From Wolbachia endosymbiont strain TRS of Brugia malayi (lineage in GTDB: Bacteria > Pseudomonadota > Alphaproteobacteria > Rickettsiales > Anaplasmataceae): a stretch of DNA of 32,000 bases. The notes beneath the pieces are model-generated. The model saw only the letters and a program-made list of their open reading frames with translations. It had not been told where the DNA came from and made no database searches. Location of the stretch: the NCBI RefSeq assembly GCF_000008385.1, contig NC_006833.1, positions 330,001 to 362,000 of the forward strand, given 5' to 3'. A program made the translations under genes and the position numbers. Position 1 is the stretch's first letter. The number at the start of each line of letters is the position of its first letter. This document shows, in pieces, positions 30,122 through 32,000 of the stretch.

Positions 30122-30850
30122 TTATACTAAATTCTCCATCTTATATTGAGGGTCAGATGCGATACCATATACTCTATTTGGTGGGGCAATTTTGTTTTCT
30201 ATACCAAAAGTAATACCTTCAATTATTGCTATAAGTACTTTTTCAAGGTTACAATCTGCCCCGGGAACACGGTGTTCTAGACGGCACTTGCTGCCGAGAC
30301 AGGGAATCCTTATTGCGGCAGTTCTATTGTTCACGCCCCAACTAATTGTAGTTGGTGTGTGAATATCTGGATATTGAAACCTTAAATACGAATCGTCACT
30401 TGGAGCGAAGAATGACATATGTTCTTTCATCATAGCACATAACCCACCAATACCATAAATCAAGTAATCACTGTACTTTTGTTCATTACAGTAAAATAAA
30501 TTACTGTTGTTTGAATCCACTAAATTAACATGCACATTTAATGCACTGCCTGCTCTATCTAAATAGGGCTTTGCTTTGAAAGAAGTATTCCCGCCAAGTT
30601 TTTGTGCTGTTTCAGTAAGTAATTCTTTTGCTAAATCAAAATGCTTGATTAAGTTATTAGAATCATTATAACAACCACTTTTTATCTCATATTGATGTGT
30701 AGAACTCTCTTTCTTGCAGGAAAAACCAAGCAAAGCTATTTTATTTTTAACACTATTAAGAAATAAATGCTCTCTCTCTATTCCTTCAGTATAAAATTCT
30801 AATTCAATACCAAATTTAGTACAACAATTCAAATTATTTAATGTAATCAT
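30122..30850 (-). CDS. Glutamine synthetase-like protein, catalytic-domain fragment (possibly truncated)
   Basis: 242-aa ORF with FGIELEFY, GSALNVHVNLVDSNNSN, ISWGVNNRTAAIRIP, LEHRVPGADCNLEKVLIAIIEGITFGIENK and VYGIASDPQYKM, matching GS catalytic motifs. It lacks the N-terminal beta-grasp region and ends early. Confidence 0.7.
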   Translation of the reverse strand: MITLNNLNCCTKFGIELEFYTEGIEREHLFLNSVKNKIALLGFSCKKESSTHQYEIKSGCYNDSNNLIKHFDLAKELLTETAQKLGGNTSFKAKPYLDRAGSALNVHVNLVDSNNSNLFYCNEQKYSDYLIYGIGGLCAMMKEHMSFFAPSDDSYLRFQYPDIHTPTTISWGVNNRTAAIRIPCLGSKCRLEHRVPGADCNLEKVLIAIIEGITFGIENKIAPPNRVYGIASDPQYKMENLV

Positions 30851-31156
30851 AGATTTGTTTCAGTAAATTCGCATTAAGTTAGCTATATTTATATGAATAC
30901 TTTACTTTTTTATCAATAAATTTAATATCTCATTTATACATAATATATTATAATTTTTTAACATACTGCTAATCCTTGACACGAGCGACGTTTTATTTAT
31001 TGAAATAAAAATGATCAATTTTAGTGCTTTTATACCCTTTACAACTCATTAAAAATCACCATAATTTTTAGTGTGTATTAAGTAGTATTAGCTTTTCGCA
31101 GTAGGCTATTGATTATCTTATATTTTTCTAGTATTGCTTTTGTCTTGGTGTAGTGT

Positions 31157-32000
31157 ATGAGCTTAATTAATCCTAAGGTTTCTGCTATGTTTTTCGATCA
31201 AATTGTTACAGCAACAGATCATAATATTGCTTGGGAAAAAATCCAAAATCTCCTTTATAACCTTTATGGGGAAGCAACATATAACAGTTGGTTAAGTTCA
31301 CTTAAATTTGTTAGTAGTAGCAATGGGGAAGTTTTGTTATCTGTGCCAACAAGATTTATAAAAGAGTGGATTACAGTTCACTACATGGAAAAAATATTAT
31401 TATTATGGCAGAATGAAGATAAAAGTATATGTTCTATTGATATTCAAGTAACCGAAGAAAAGAATTCAAGTTCTAGCATCATATCAAAAAATAAAGAGGA
31501 AAGTGTTAATAATCTTGGTTCGCCACTAGATCCAAGATTTACCTTTGATAACTTCGTAGTGGGAAAGCCAAATGAATTAGCATTTACAGCCGCAAAGCGT
31601 GTAGCAGAGTCCATAGATCCAATACCTGGTAGCAATCCTCTGTTTCTATATGGCGGAGTGGGGCTTGGTAAAACACATTTAATGCATGCTATAGCTTGGC
31701 ACATAGTTAATTCTCCATCAGCAAAAAGAAAAGTGGTATATTTATCAGCAGAGAAATTCATGTATCAATATATTACAGCACTACGAAGCAAAGACATTAT
31801 GTTATTTAAAGAACAGTTTAGATCGGTAGATGTACTGATGGTAGATGATGTGCAATTTATCAGTGGTAAAGATAGTACACAAGAAGAATTTTTTCACACT
31901 TTTAATGCATTGATAGATCAAAATAAACAATTGGTTATATCAGCTGATAGATCTCCTAGTGATCTTGATGGAGTAGAAGAAAGAATAAAATCACGGCTAG
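31157..32000 (+). CDS. dnaA: Chromosomal replication initiator protein DnaA (5' part; runs off the window)
   Basis: From the ATG at 31157: [15 protein letters not shown]...[28 protein letters not shown]...[22 protein letters not shown]...[31 protein letters not shown]. Not in the supplied ORF track because it has no stop inside the window. Confidence 0.98.
   Translation, partial: MSLINPKVSAMFFDQIVTATDHNIAWEKIQNLLYNLYGEATYNSWLSSLKFVSSSNGEVLLSVPTRFIKEWITVHYMEKILLLWQNEDKSICSIDIQVTEEKNSSSSIISKNKEESVNNLGSPLDPRFTFDNFVVGKPNELAFTAAKRVAESIDPIPGSNPLFLYGGVGLGKTHLMHAIAWHIVNSPSAKRKVVYLSAEKFMYQYITALRSKDIMLFKEQFRSVDVLMVDDVQFISGKDSTQEEFFHTFNALIDQNKQLVISADRSPSDLDGVEERIKSRL

Noticed and set aside
30851-31156. 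AT-rich region upstream of dnaA as a possible replication origin
   Set aside because: No clear cluster of DnaA boxes was recognised, and in Wolbachia/Rickettsiales the origin is generally not adjacent to dnaA. AT richness is genome-wide here. A GC-skew analysis of the full genome would be needed.
1-32000. CRISPR arrays, tRNAs, rRNAs, intact prophage modules
   Set aside because: No regularly spaced direct repeats, recognisable tRNA cloverleaf or rRNA core sequence, or phage structural genes were seen by eye. tRNAscan-SE/Infernal would be needed for a definitive negative.

Overview
The gene content, AT richness and repeat style fit a Wolbachia-type (Rickettsiales) endosymbiont chromosome; this is an inference from the sequence, not a database hit. 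Intact core genes are coaE (5' part only, minus strand), a nitronate monooxygenase/2-nitropropane dioxygenase-like flavoprotein, uvrA, secA, nrdB, a BamE/SmpA lipoprotein, a VUT/queuosine-precursor-transporter-like membrane protein, purL, an AddB-like PD-(D/E)XK nuclease, purA, a truncated glutamine-synthetase-like gene and dnaA (5' part; runs off the window). Between them lie degraded regions: an IS66-type transposase remnant, an IS5-type transposase remnant, a frameshifted TolA-like gene, several decayed hypothetical genes, and a roughly 2.5 kb pseudogene. That pseudogene appears to encode a nuclease-like N-terminus (FDDI...VLVQAKH), an NB-ARC/STAND ATPase (LGGIGKT) and a TPR C-terminus, an architecture reminiscent of antiviral STAND or arthropod-associated NB-ARC-TPR proteins. 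There are also a dispersed noncoding repeat family (3 copies, both orientations) and palindromic elements, two of them in frame inside purL. I found no convincing complete new system. The most system-like candidate is the decayed nuclease-STAND-TPR gene.
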